DNA of 63,074 nt, counting the filler, from Reclinomonas americana ATCC 50394 (Eukaryota): NCBI GenBank assembly GCA_048213135.1. It is 12 parts of 10 records of this genome, joined end to end, with 100 filler letters (N's around TTAATTAATTAA, not from the genome) between each part and the next. Parts side by side here need not be neighbours in the genome. Positions count along the whole stretch, not along the records: positions 26,224 to 34,178 come from AFZH01016670.1; positions 34,279 to 44,195 come from PS016084.1; 10 more parts are not named here. One strand, written 5' to 3'. The translations under genes were made by a program, and so were the position numbers. Below are positions 29,801 through 43,879 of the stretch, piece by piece. The stretch's first letter is position 1. Every line of letters begins with the position of its first letter. Under the pieces are notes generated by a model. That model ran no database searches. It was given only the letters and a program-made list of their open reading frames with translations, and was not told where the DNA came from.

Positions 29801-31385
29801 AAGGCAAAGAGAGAGAGAGAGAGAATAGCTGTCTCCTTTCCCATTCCCATTTCCCTTCTCCTTTTCTTCCTTTCCCCTCACCGAATCGGCCAGCGCCAGA
29901 ATGGCCATGGCCTCCGACGCCACGGCAATGTCGAACCCCGTCTGCCGAGCCATGCCCTTCTCCGCCGCACCTGCATACAGCGCCGAGTCAGCGCAAACCA
30001 TTCGACAACCCCTTACCGCACACCCTCGCCTCACACCCACCTTGCCCAATCGTGATGGTGCGCAGGAGGCGATCGTTGACATCCAGCACGCGTCGCACCG
30101 TCACACGCTCCGGATCAATGTCCAATCTGCGCACTCATTGAGGTCATCACCGCCTCAACTCCACGAGACCACATCCACGCACCTGGCAAAACGACGAATC
30201 TCCTCGGCAGTCAGCTGATCCGGCACGGTCTTGTGAATCCCGAGTCGCTTAAGCCGGCCCAGCATCGGGGCCGTGAAGGATCTGCAAACAAACAACGACA
30301 GGGGCGATTGAGTCACAGATATAAAGTGCATGGCGAAGACACACACAAACACACCGCTTATTCCCTTCGCCGGGCACCAGGCGACGATACAATGCCGCAT
30401 CACCTTGCGTGGCCTCGTGAAACATTCTCGCATCGACGGCGGCTGCTCATGCACCGTTCGTTGAGCAACAGCAAGGAGGGAAACACACAGCAGAAAGGCA
30501 CTGACCAGCCAGCAAGTTGGTGGCGATACTAATGGCGTGAATGTCGCCCGTCAAGTGCAGATTAATGTCCTCCATTGGCGTCACCTGCGCGTAGCCGCCT
30601 CCCGCCGCCCCGCCCTTGACTCCACTGCCAGCAGTCAATGAGCTCCTACATACAATGAGGGCAACACTGTGGACGAAACAAGGTCGGGCCCATGGACGGC
30701 TGTCGCAGATTGCAGAACACGCGCTGTCCGAGATGCGCACCGAGCGCCTGCGACAGACCAACAGTCACCGTCGTCTTGCCCTCACCGTAAGGCGTCGGCG
30801 AGGTGCCCGCAATACACACTACGCCCGATTCAGCATGGAAGACACACACACTCTCTCCCACAGACACAGAACGCGCACCATAGTTGCCATTCGGCGCGTC
30901 GGCCAATCGTTTCAGCACGTCGAGGCTGATCTTGGCCTTGTGCTCACCATACAAGACCAGCTGCATTGGGGTGCTGCTGCTGAGTGCCACCCTCCCAGCA
31001 AGCCTACTCATCTCAATGAGCAAAACGCACCTCACTGTCGAGAATGCCATACTGCTTGGCCAGTCGCGACACAGCAATCGGCTGATCACACAGATAGATA
31101 TCAGGACAACTCTTTCTCCACTCACTCACTGACTGTCTCTCTTTTCGTTTTACCTTGATGCTCTGTGCGATGCGAATGTCAGAGGGCGTTGGCTTCTTCA
31201 CATCGGTGAGGCGACGCGGGCACTCCTCCTCTGTGGTGGTGGTGCACAATGACACGCGGGAAAATTATGCAAACACGCGCACACTCACACATTCGCGCGC
31301 GCTCACCGGAGGAGGCAGAGGCGAAACGACGAGCAGAGGTGCGCGGAAGGAGGCTCCGTGCTCCTGCTCGCACCCACTGGAGCAT
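26883..31385 (-). CDS. FTHFS: Monofunctional formate--tetrahydrofolate ligase with predicted mitochondrial presequence (~17 exons)
   Basis: [106 protein letters not shown] and [10 protein letters not shown]-terminus [26 protein letters not shown]. Confidence 0.97.
29230..29530. repeat. Intronic ~130-bp tandem duplication in FTHFS
   Basis: GAGAGAGGAGTGGAGAAGCAGGTCAA...CAAGAAACGGCCT occurs near 29273 and 29404, with a partial third copy. Confidence 0.8.
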
Positions 31386-31488
31386 TGGATTCTCTCTCTC
31401 TCACGAGTGACGACGACGGAGTGAAGCACAAAGGACGATGAGGACAAGTCGACTAAAAAAAAGCGTTTCATTCATCGTTGCTTGTCTC

Positions 31489-34142
31489 TCATATCGAGTC
31501 TTCGCGTGTGATTGTGCCCCTTCTCGACCGCTTCTGTGGTGGTAATAGCTCGGCGCCGCTTATTGAATCGCCGACCGGAACCGCGCCACCGACTTCGCCA
31601 CTGCCACTGCCGCCTCCACCACTGTCGACCAATAGTGGTGGAGCACCGTAGGCGGCCGCGGCTGTCACCACCATGGCGGGCCACTGTGAGGGCGTCGACA
31701 GGGTCTCGGCACTCGTGTCCATTTGCCACGATTCGTCTTCGTCCGCCATCGGGGGAACCGCAGCAGCGCCAGCCGGCATGTAGGCTCCCGTCATGTAGGG
31801 GTGTGCGGAGAGTGGTGGCGGTGCTGGCAGCGACGAGGGACCCATTGAGAGTGGTGGTGGCGGTGGTGCGCCGTAGGATGCTGTAAAATTGACTGCGGCT
31901 GCGCCTGGGAGCACCTCTGGTGGAGGCTCCGCCCACTCATCCTCCTGCTGGTCCATGTCTTCGTCCTCCACGTCGGAGTGTGTTCTTGTTCTCCGAATGG
32001 GTGACGAGCGCCTGCAGCCGCACATGAGAAGAGATGCGAGGAGAAGCGACTCTTCCACTCTTCCCATACCGTTTGGTGGGGGACAATGAAGAGGGGCGCG
32101 GGGGCAGACGGGGCGGTTCCTGTTGCGATCTGGTAAAGGCCAGACCGACGATATCCTCCGTGGCTCGTGCTGGCATGTACTGTGTGCCGGGAATCCCAAT
32201 CGGTGGCGGAGCAACAGGCAATGGCGGGGCCTATTGTGCACGCGGTGAGACGCAGGAAAGACCACGAGCATCTTCATGGAAAAACTCACCGCTTGCATCG
32301 GTCCACCTATTGAGGGCGGCGTGACGGAGCGTGGGGAGCGAGGAGCACGGTAGCCACCTGCACGGTGCGGTGACACGGGTGGCGAAACATCGGGAGCTGC
32401 TGAACCGGCCATGGGCAATTGCACAGAGAGAGGATTCACGGCGGCGGGAACCATTGGCATGCCGCCGCCAAGAGGCGCATAGGGACCACCACCGACCACG
32501 GGAGCCGGGTACATGCCATGTGCGGGCGCTGGCCACGCGCCATACAGCGGTGGTGGTTGCTGGTAGTACCCTGCTGCATCACCACTGTACATGGCTCCGT
32601 ACGCAATGGGTGGCACACTGCCAATGGGGGCGGCAGCGGCGCTAAGCGTGGGGGTGTGATGCGAACTGGGCGACTCGGCGCCGGAAAACTCGCCATCTGC
32701 ATCAACCACGGCATGAGCAACAACGCGTCACACACACCACTGCCCGCTGCGGTGGCGTACCTTCCGGCTGCTCCGGTTTCTTCAACCGCTTGCGAAAATT
32801 CTGGTACCACACATTGACACGCGCACCGTCCCAGTCGGGTCCCAGCGATCTCGCAATCTCCTCACGCTCCGAGGCCTTGGGATAGGGATTCTGTTCGTAC
32901 AACTCCAACAGCCTCTTCTTCTGCTCCGGGGTGGTCACCCGCCGCTTCGACGTCTTGTAGTCGGGTCGTGCTGACGACGACGGAGAGTGGCGATCGGGAG
33001 AGCTGCGACGCGGGCTCAACGAACCCGTGGAGCGCGGTGAGTCGGCTCCACCAACCCCTTGCCCCGCTGGTACCGCGGAGGGCGACGATCCTGGATACGA
33101 CATGGCGGAGCCCAGGGGACCTCCGCGGCTGGCGGCTGCAGCGGCAACAATGGCCGCGGCTGCGACCACCGAATTCATGTCCCACTGGCCGGCCATCGGC
33201 TGCATCGGCTGCTGCTGCTGCTGTTGCTGACGAGGTGAGAGTGAGGGCGGCGTGTGGGGTTGGTGTGCAGCTGGTGGCATTGGTGGCCACGAGCTTCCGC
33301 TCACGGGCCTACCGAATTGCTGCTGCGCAGATGGAGGAGGCGGGGCGTACGGATTGACGGGCTGCTGCGCCATCATGCCCCACGGGTACTGCATCGGTTG
33401 CGGCATCTGTTGCGGTGGTGCCATGTAGGGAGACCACTGTGCTTGCAGGTGCGCCGCTGCATGTTGTTGCTGTTGATGATGCTGCTGTTGTTGATGATGT
33501 TGCTGGTGCATCTGAATCATGGCGGCGGTTGACGCCGGCGGTGCAACAAGCGTCGTTGGACTGTTGCTGGATCGAGATGACGGCCGCTGGAACATGCCCT
33601 CGTACGGCGGCAACGATTGCGCAAACTCAGAGAAGCTGTTTGGCAAGACGCGGGGCGTGAGGAGAGATGAATGCAGGGGGTTGGTGGCGTTGTGCGAGCG
33701 ACAAACCCAAATGGCGCATGACTCTCGCCGTGCACACTGCCGGGACGGTCAGTCAGCCCTGCATTCGCATATGCATCGGGAACACGCGGTGATGTGGGAG
33801 CCGAGAGAGAAGTTCCTCCAGCTTGCTGCACAACCGCTGCGGCGGCGGCAGCGGCAGCGGCCGCACCACCACCACCAGGCATGCCCACAGAAGGTGGTGG
33901 CATCACAGACATGGTGGGTACGGCGGCAGCGGCGGCGGTGGCTGCGGCAGCAGAGGCGGCAACGGGTGCACTGGCGAATGGACTCGGCAGGATCGGTACT
34001 GTGGGACTGACGGGGTCTGCGCGATGAGGCGGGGGAGGATGAGGCATGGATGGTGAACGAAGGAGGAGGCGAGAATCGAGAATGAACCAGCCATGTATGT
34101 CATGCCAGCGTCTTCGTCGTGCAGGCTGTACTCGGTGCCCAT
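31489..34142 (-). CDS. Homeodomain transcription factor with Pro/Gln/Ala-rich low-complexity regions (possibly 5'-partial)
   Basis: KRRVTTPEQKKRLLELYEQNPYPKASEREEIARSLG...VNVWYQNFRKRLKK at about 32780-32955. Confidence 0.88.
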
Positions 34143-34278
34143 CTGTGTGGCGCAAGAGGTGTGAGCAGGGGGAAGGCGNNNNNNNNNNNNNNNNNNNNNN
34201 NNNNNNNNNNNNNNNNNNNNNNTTAATTAATTAANNNNNNNNNNNNNNNNNNNNNNNNNNNNNNNNNNNNNNNNNNNN

Positions 34279-34339
<61 letters not shown>

Positions 34340-35137
34340 GCCACACAAACACACAACTCCGAGCAGTTCCGCAGCAGTCGCGGGATGAGACGAGCCTGTC
34401 AACACACAAACACACTGCATCAGTGGCCTGCACACAAACGCCCACTCTCAACACGCACACGCACACACACACACATACACACTCTCACACTCACCGCCAA
34501 AGCGCGAGTACCCGCCCAACACGTCGTCATCGTTCATGATGACAGTTGGAGATCGTGTGAATATGACTCTCTTGCGTGCGCTTTTCTGTAAAGTCTCTGT
34601 GTCTCTCTCTAACTTTCTGTCTCTTCCCACGCGTGACAGTTCGCGTGTGCGTGGGGAACGTGCGTGCGTGTTATGTGAGCACTCACGAAAACGGTGAGTC
34701 ATTCATGACATTCGCGCCATTTCTGCCCGTTTCTTGACTCCTTTTTCAGGAAACACAAGTATTTTTTGTACATGAGCGCGCTGGTTATACGCGAGAGAGA
34801 ATGCACATCACACGGCGATAAGACAAGGGATGCTGAAATCAGATGGTGAGAAGCGAGAGAGGAGATGCGCATGTACGGAAAACAGTATTCGGCACCTCGC
34901 TGCGCAGTGCCGCACACAGTACACCCAGGTTCTCCCTTATACATCACGCACCCTCCTCTCCCCCCCTTCTCACCCTCCTCGCCACACTCCTCCTCCTCTT
35001 CCCACATCACGACTTGTCACCTTTTTCATCTTGCTGTTCGGATCAACGAATCTTCATTGCTTTCTCACTCTCCCTCTCTTCGTTTTTTGCATCACGCAGT
35101 GCGCGCGTGTGCGAAACAACAGCAAAGACACACACAA

Positions 35138-35968
35138 ATGGCCTCTCGACCTCCTCGCCCTCGCTCAACAACAACAACAACAACAACTCCTTCACTGCCA
35201 ATGTCTGCCTCTTCTCCGTGCGACGATGAGAAAGCAGACATGATGCTCGTCGACAGCAAGCAGCAGCATGTGACGACGATGATGATGCATTCCTCCTCTC
35301 CCTCCAGCAACATCAATGATGATGATGATGATGATGATGATGACAAGAAGAAGAGCGCATTGTGGNNNNNNNNNNNNNNNNNNNNNNNNNNNNNNNNNNN
35401 NNNNNNNNNNNNNNNNNNNNNNNNNNNNNNNNNNNNNNNNNNNNNNNNNNNNNNNNNNNNNNNNNNNNNNNNNNNNNNNNNNNNNNNNNNNNNNNNNNNN
35501 NNNNNNNNNNNNNNNNNNNNNNNNNNNNNNNNNNNNNNNNNNNNNNNNNNNNNNNNNNNNNNNNNNNNNNNNNNNNNNNNNNNNNNNNNNNNNNNNNNNN
35601 NNNNNNNNNNNNNNNNNNNNNNNNNNNNNNNNNNNNNNNNNNNNNNNNNNNNNNNNNNNNNNNNNNNNNNNNNNNNNNNNNNNNNNNNNNNNNNNNNNNN
35701 NNNNNNNNNNNNNNNNNNNNNNNNNNNNNNNNNNNNNNNNNNNNNNNNNNNNNNNNNNNNNNNNNNNNNNNNNNNNNNNNNNNNNNNNNNNNNNNNNNNN
35801 NNNNNNNNNNNNNNNNNNNNNNNNNNNNNNNNNNNNNNNNNNNNNNNNNNNNNNNNNNNNNNNNNNNNNNNNNNNNNNNNNNNNNNNNNNNNNNNNNNNN
35901 NNNNNNNNNNNNNNNNNNNNNNNNNNNNNNNNNNNNNNNNNNNNNNNNNNNNNNNNNNNNNNNNNNAG

Positions 35969-36040
<72 letters not shown>

Positions 36041-36214
36041 CTGTGCCTGTTCATCTTCATCTCTCTTTCCCTTGTGCCTGTTGCACTTGTGTGTTGCCGA
36101 TGTACTCTTTGTGCCCTTCATGTGGCCACAGCTGTGCGCACTCCCTCCTTCCCTCCTCTCTCTCTCTCTCTGTGTGTGACTGTGTTGAGCTCCACATCTG
36201 TTTTCCTCTCAATG

Positions 36215-36255
<41 letters not shown>

Positions 36256-39200
36256 AGCGCATCGTTTCGCACTCCCTCCTCCTCCTCCTCCTCCTCCTTC
36301 TTCTTCTTCTTCTTCTTCCTCATCATGGATTGTCGTTGTTTCGATTCCCTGTTGCAGAACCGGCTGGCATGTTGAAGGACACGAAGAAGAAGCACACCCA
36401 AGAGAGCACAGCCGCCATTGCCGCTGCTCGCAATGACGCGGAGAATCACACTGAGAAGGGTGCGTCTCTCTCTCTCTCTCTCACTCACTCTCTCTCTCTC
36501 TTTCCTGCAGTCATTGGCGTTCTCGCGTCACTTGATGTCTCACCTGGGCGATGCATATACACAGCTGCTCACCAGGAACACATGGAACAAACAGCGATGG
36601 AAGGCATCGTCGAGGTACAGTGATTGTGTGTCATCCCATTATGAGCATGTCTCTAACTGAACTCTCTCGCTCTCTCTTTCATGGCATGATTGCACAGCAA
36701 CATGCGAGGAGGCGGCGAGTCGACTCGTCCCTGGTTGATCACCGCGAGGGCATGCCTGCGCGTGACTCAGTTGAGACATCGGTCCGCAAGCGTTTTCTGG
36801 AGGAGAGCTCCGATGAGGCATGCGTCTCACTTTGCTTCTCTCTTGTGCATCGCAGTTGACACCTGATGTTTTTCCTCATTCTTTGCAGGTGGATGCATCC
36901 AGCGAGGACGAGCTTGCGCCGCCAAAGAAAAAGAAGAAGGTGTGAATTCTCTGTCGCTAACATTGTTGTGCTTGTTCATCGATGTGCATTTGGGTTCTTG
37001 TGTGTCAATGACGCATGTTGTTGATTCACAGCTCGGCAAGACTCGAGCTGCGAAAACCCCAGTGGAGTTGAGCGCTGACGAGGAGCTGTTGCTGAACAAG
37101 CTGCTTGTTGCGTGTGCATGCTCTCTCTGACATCGTTGCAACGCCTTCAGCCTCCTACTTCTCCTCGTCGCACTCACCATTCTTCTCCTGTCACTCGCAG
37201 CGATGCAATCGGAAGAGGATTCTGGTGAGGGCATTCGGGTTGATGGCACCCATTGTTCAGAAGTCCACTGTCGTCCACCATCAGAGTGTTCTCTTCGACG
37301 TTGCCTGCGACGACTGCAGAATTCCATCGTCGGAGCGGGGTTGCACGTCGTCAGCAGTCAAGTGTGCTTTCGGCAAGAAGCTTGGTCAAACTGCCAATAA
37401 TTCACGCCACTCAATGCCCAAATCTGTGGAGAGTACGCTCCAGAGCGTGAGCAACTATATCGAGGTGAGCAAGCGTGTGCGTTGTGACGGCCGTGGCATA
37501 TTGAACCAACATGCAGATGATTGCACAATGCAGATGAGCCAACTCAGTGGCGCGGCTCTGGCGGATGCTGTTGAAAGACCACTGATAGGGGTGGACGAGC
37601 GCGGGTATTCGGAGGTGCGTGTTGTGCATGATTATTTGTGTCTTCTGCGATCGTGTCGACTGACGTTTATTCTCTCGGCTTCATTGGCAGGAGTCATGGG
37701 AGATATTACCAACACAAAACAAATCTCGAAAAGACCATCTTCAGCCGTTTGTCACACAGGCCATGGGTGCGCTGCGCAAGTGTGATGGTCTCACGACTGC
37801 ACTGCTTCGAGACAACCACCTCTCTGATGCCGAGATTGCACGCGCCGTCACGTGGTGCCATGCGAAAGGTCTGCATTTGCATGCGGCTATTGGTGTTGCA
37901 CTGATGTTGACCAGCATTACGCAGAATCTGGCGATGTGAGAATGGTGATGAAGAAAGACGACGATGACATCAAGCATGAAGAAGATGACACCAAGGTGAG
38001 CATCAACAGTTCATGAATGACGAAGACTGAGTGTGTCTTCGTGGGCTCGGCCACGCGCTGATGCGTTGCGTTCACAGGAGGATGCAGGAAGTGATGATGG
38101 TGAAGAATCAAAGACGAGCAAGGTACGACGTTGTCGCCGCCTGTGTATGGCTTGGGAGGCAGAAGTGTTGATGGTTGATGTCTCATGGGGTGCGTACTTG
38201 CAGCACGTCAAGTGCGGTCGCATTGTAGTCGATGCGGATTCGAGCAAGGACGACCGAATCGTGCTGGACAGACTGCTTGTTGCGTGTGCAATACCCCAGC
38301 AGGGCAGATTAGTTGCACTCTGCCATGTGCTTGCCTGTCATTACGCCTAATGCGTGCGCATGTGTGCGAACAGCGGTGCAACAAGAAGAAGATATTGGTG
38401 ACGGCATTCGGTTTCATGGCGCCGATTCTGAAGCCATCCACTGTTTTGCATCATCAGCGCGTTCTCGTTGAACTCGCCTGCAAGGAGTGCGGTATTCCTT
38501 CATCGGGAGCTGGCAGTCCGTCGTCCGCAGTCACGGATTCATTCGGAAAGACTCTTGGCCATGTCGTCAATGACGCACGCAAATGCACCCCCAAATCAGT
38601 TGAGGGAGTGCTTCAGAGCATGGGCAAGTTCATCGAGGTGAGCATCGGTCTGTGTTATCCATCTTACACGTGACTGCAAAGTGAACCAGCATGAATACAT
38701 GTGCAACTCTTGCAGAAGAGTGAACTGCGCGGCGCTGCTCTGGCGGATGCCATTGAGAGACCACTGATTGTGGTGGATGAACGGGGACATTCGGAGGTGT
38801 GCAAACTTTCCTTCGTGCGCTTTTTACATCTCCTGGTTTGTGTCCACTCACCCGTGTCTTTTACGATGTCGATCGTGCTTCAGGAGTCATGGAAGATGAT
38901 GGAGAAGAAGCCGAATGGCAGCGACCGTCTCCTGTCACTCATAGCCCACGCCTTGCAGGCCCTGCGCGAGTGTCCTGGCTTGCAAGCGTCGCTGATTCGA
39001 GACGGCTGTCTCTCCGAGGCGGAGATAGCACGGGCCGTCGAGTGGTGCAGTGAGAGAGGTTTGATTGCATCGGATGCGTTTTGCTGTGCGTTGGGTCAGG
39101 GCTGACGAACGACATGCAGCTCTGCTGGAGGCCAAGGTGCTGAAGAAAGAAGAGATGAAAAAGGAGGAGGAAAAGGAGGATGATTTGAGGGTTGACGGGG

Positions 39201-42200
39201 AGGAAGATGAGGACGATAACATGGGTGAGAGTGAAAGGAGCAAGGTATGGCCATGAATAGTTGGGGTGGGTGCACAGTGTGGCATGTCTTCACAGTGTGT
39301 ATCCACAGCGACGAGGGACTGCTCCAACAACAATGAGCAAGGACGAGCAACTGATGTTGGCGATGCTACTTGTTGCGTTTGATTGCAGTCTTGTCTTTCT
39401 TCGGTAGTCGTCTAACTTATTGAGTGTTCATCGCACCACTCATGTGATTCATGGGAGAGCAGTGCTGCAATAAGAGGAAGGTACTGGTGATGGCATTCGG
39501 CATTATGGCACCGATGGTTATGGGATCGACAATCTGCCATCATCAGCGCATTCTTTTTGACTTGGCAAGCAAGGAGTATGGCATCTGTTCATCGAAAGCA
39601 GGCTGCCTGTCGTCGGCAGTTGTGAGCTCATTCGGCGAGAGTCTTGGCCGTTTCACCGCTGGTGTACGCGACAAGACTCCCAAATCAGTTGAGGGAGTGC
39701 TCCAGAGCATGAGCGACTTTATCGAGGTGAGATGCATTCATTTCGCGCGACTGAATCATTATCATCTCTAATGCATGTGGCATTATGCAGAAGAGTGAAC
39801 TACGTGGCGCTGCTCTGGCGAATGCCATTGAGAGACCCCTGGTTGTGGTGGATGAGCGTGGCTATTCGGAGGTTGGCTGCCCTGCACTCAGTGTGCGTTT
39901 TACACATTGGCTGCCATATTCTCACGTTCTGTGTTCTGGAATTTGGTTGTCAGGAGTCGTCACGCTTGTCGAGGGTGCAGAACAACAAGCAGACACCCCA
40001 TCAACCATTCGTCACGCAGGTAATGCACGCTCTCCACAACTGCCCTGGCCTGCTGTCCACTCTGCTCCGAGACGGCTGTATTTCGAAGGCAGAGATCACA
40101 CGTGCTGTCGAGTGGTGCGGTGAACGAGGTTTGGCTGCGTGACTTGCATAGCTGCATAGTGTACGCATGTGCTCAACAACGACTGAACAGCACTGAGGGA
40201 GATGGAGATGGTGAAGAAAGAGGAGAAGAGGGAGGAAGAGCAGGAGGATGAGGACGATGGCAAGGTACGCCCGTCGCTCGTTTCCGTTAGATGCGAGACA
40301 GATGCGTGTCCTAACTCTGTGTGGATTGCGCTTCACAGCTCCGCAATAGTGATCCTGGGAAGCTGAGTGTCAACGAGCAACTGATGTTGGCGAGACTGTT
40401 TGTTGCGTGTTGCTTTTATCTCTGCATGTCACCGACAATGCTGTTACTCCCATCTGCTCACTGCGCCTCGGAGCAGGGTTGCAACAAGAAGAGGATACTG
40501 GTAAAGGCATTCGGTTTGATGGCACCCGTGGTGGTGAGATCCACAGTCATGCATCATCAGCGCGTTCTCCTCCAACTTGTCTGTGACGAATGCGGAATAC
40601 CGTTTGAGGGACGGGGCTGCCCTTCGGCCGCAGTCATGTCTGCATTCAGCAAGAGTCTTGCCGATAGTGCCAGTAGAGCACGTTGCGAGACGCCCAAGTC
40701 GGTGGAGGGTGTGCTCAAGAGCATGAGCAGTTTCATAGAGGTGAGTGTCGGTGTGCTGTTTCAGTATCCTTCCGATTGTTTTGTGCGTGGTACCTGACTC
40801 GACTTTGACGTGGATGTCACCATCAGAAGAGTGGTCTTCGGGGAGCTGAGCTGGTGGATGCCGTCGAGAGACCGCTGATTGTGATTGACGAACGTGGCTA
40901 CTCTGAAGTGCGTGTGAAACTGTGTGCGCTGGTGCCCGTCATTGAAAGCCGGCTCACACTGGATGACAGGAGTTTGCAAAGTCGCTGAAGGGAGGCGCTT
41001 CCAATGTTCTTTCGCCATTCGTTACCCAGGCTATGCAAGCTCTCCACAGCTGTCCAGACCTGCTGGCCACTCTGCTTCAAGACGGTTGTCTTTCAAAGGC
41101 GGAAATTGCACATGCCGCCGAATGGTGCAGTAAAAGAGGTTTGGTCGCTTGTGCTCGTGGCTTTGTTGCTTACTTGTGCTGAGAAATGAGTGACCAGTCG
41201 TCAGGGAGATGGAGATGATGGAGAAAGAGGAGGAAAGGAAGGATGAGCGGGAAGAAGATGATGACGACAGCGACAATGAGGACGATGACGCGAAGAGAAA
41301 CAAGGTACGCCCGACGCTGCGTTCTATGTCATGCGATATACGTCTCAATACTGCGTGGTTTGTGTTTCACAGCGCCGCAAGATTGATCCTGCGAAGTTGA
41401 GCATCACCGAGCAATTGATGCTGGCGAGATTGCTTGTTACGTGTTCTTTGTATCGCCGACATTGCTGTCATAAACTCCTCACTCACTCCCACCCTGGGTG
41501 TCCGTCACACCCGAGAGCAGGGTTGCAACAAGAAGAGGGTTCTGGTGAAGGCATTCGGTCTCATGGCATCCGTGGTGATGCAATCCACAGTCATCCATCA
41601 TCAGCGCGCTATCTTCCAACTTGCCTGTGACGACTGCGGAATACCATCGAAGGGACCGGGCAGTCCATCATCCGCAGTCATGGCTGCATTTGGCAAGAAT
41701 CTTGCCAGCAGTGCCAAGATGGCACGCAGCACGACACCCAAGTCAGTGGAGGGTGTGCTCGAGAGCGTGAGTAACTTCATCGAGGTGAGTGCGAGTTTGT
41801 CATATATGTGTCTCATTCGCTTGTGGTGTGCCTGGCGACTGACCTGCCTTGCGTCGCGCACATGTGGATTCAATAGAAGAGCGGTCTTCGAGAAGCTGCG
41901 CTGGTAGATGCTGTCGAGAGACCACTGATTGTGATTGACGAGCGTGGGCACTCTGAGGCATGTCAATTATGATTGTGTGTACGCTGTTGTGATTTGACGA
42001 TGCTGACTTTGCTTTTCTCGGATTTTAGGAATGTGCCGAGCATATTCGGAAGGGAAGCACTCCAAATGCTCTTCTGCCTTTTGTCACACAAGCCATGCAT
42101 CTGCTCCACAATTGCCCTGGCCTGCTGGCCACTCTGCTTCGAGACGGTTGTCTTTCGAAGGCTGAGATTGCACGTGCTGGTGAGTGCTCCCAAATGCAAC

Positions 42201-42329
42201 AATGTGGGAGCACCTGTCGTTGTTGCACGTCGTGCCAACATCAACACTTACGAGAATGCTGCAGTGGTGGGCGACGAGAAGCCGGTGAAGATGGAGGTGG
42301 TGAAGAAAGAGGAGGAGGAGGAGGAGTAG
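35138..42329 (+). CDS. Uncharacterised protein with five tandem ~200-aa modules (paralogue A)
   Basis: 264-nt core exons at 37201-37464, 38374-38637, 39463-39726, 40477-40740 and 41521-41784 (xCNKKRILVxAFGxMAPxV..HHQR..LACxECGIP...TPKSVEGVLxS). Each is followed by an 81-nt exon (KSxLRGAALxDAxERPLIVxDERGxSE), a CPGL..LLRDGCLSxAEI exon and an acidic linker. The exons I translated are open. Confidence 0.8.
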
Positions 42330-43508
42330 GATGAGGATGAGGAGGAGGAGGACGATGAGAACATGTAGGGCAAGCAATTCAGGATGGTTCTGGAGGAGGA
42401 GGAGCTGGATGTGAAGAGCAAGACGCTGCTGTCGATGGACGATGATGTATGCCTGCGTCGGTGCGTGGCGGGGGAGTGGGAATGAGTGGCAGCGGGTGGG
42501 ATGAGAGGGTTCACTGGCCAAGCAGCGCATGCATGGTGTTGTGATGTCGATGGAGCCTGTCGAAGAAGAAGATTGCAGAATCCCTCAGGGACATTTTGAG
42601 CCGCTGCCGTGTGTTGTGAGGGATGGACTCTGCATGTGTGTTTTCCTCTGCATGCAGCCGACTGCTGTTGTTGTCGCAGGAGGAAGAGCAAGATGAGTGA
42701 AGAATTGGAACCGGGGCCTTCATGGGACTTGGTGGGCGAATGAATGTTGCTATTGTGCATGTAGCCGCCACGGAGGCATGCATTTGCTGTCGTGATTTTG
42801 CACGAGAATGGCTGTCTTGTTGACCAAGGCCAGCCATATTAGAAAGCAGCGACACTTGCTTCTTCTCTGTTCATGGCAGCGGCAGAGCAGCAGGCCGCTG
42901 GTGCATAATGGCCCACCAGCAGCTGCGGGGGAGGGAGTCGTCGATCGCGGGATTGTGCAAGTGACTCGTATTTCCTGTGGATCGATGTGGATTGAGCAGC
43001 AGGCAATGCTGCTTTGTTGGTCCTGTTGATACTCCTGCACCTCCTACCAGCTCCACTGCAGCGGGTGCGGTTGGCATGCAGTCTCGATGACGATCAGGTT
43101 CTGGGCTATCAGCTGGATCGCGATACCGTGACCATTCTCATTGTGTCGGTCCGTGGCTCTTCCTCGGTGTTCATCGAGGGGATGCTGCTCATCTGCCCTG
43201 TTGTACTCTCTGTGGAGTTGTTGTCCATCATCATCTCAGCTGCAGCTTCCCCTGATCCATGTTCTCTCCATGATCAAAACAAAGAGACAAACAATCGCAG
43301 TTGACGATGCACCCAAGGTTGCCCAGTTCACTGACACCTCCTCTCTCCCCCTTCTCACCCTCCTCACTCCTCCTCCTCCTCCTCCGTTCACATCACGACT
43401 TGTCACCTTTTGCTGTTCGGATCAACGAATCTTCCGTCATTGTTTCACACTCTCTCTTCGTTTTTTTGCATCACGCAGCGCGCTAGACAAGAACCAAGAC
43501 ACACACAA

Positions 43509-43848
43509 ATGGCCGCTCGACGCCCTCCTCCACCGCGCCCTCACTCAACAACAACAACAACAGCTCCTTCGCTGTCAATGTCTGCCTCTTCTCCGTGCGA
43601 CGACGAGAAAGCAGACATGATGCTCATCGACAGCAAGCAGCATGTGACGACGCCGACGATGATGATGATGCATTCCTCCTCTCTCTCCCTCAACAGCAAC
43701 GAGGATGATGATGAGAAGAAGAAGAGCGCATTGGGGTCATCTGCTCACCGTGGTGTGCCTGCGATGGCGAGGCGACGAGTGCCTGCCTCTTCTTCTTCTT
43801 CTTCCTCTTCCACCTCTGTCACCACCACCAGTGTCACTGCGAAGAAAG

Positions 43849-43879
<31 letters not shown>

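Noticed and set aside
42327..42368. UAG reassignment (nearly all resolved genes end in TAA or TGA, and TAGs sit in a coding-like tail)
   Set aside because: I found no in-frame TAG at a conserved position in any recognisable gene, and the BTB gene plausibly ends in TAG at 60231-60233.
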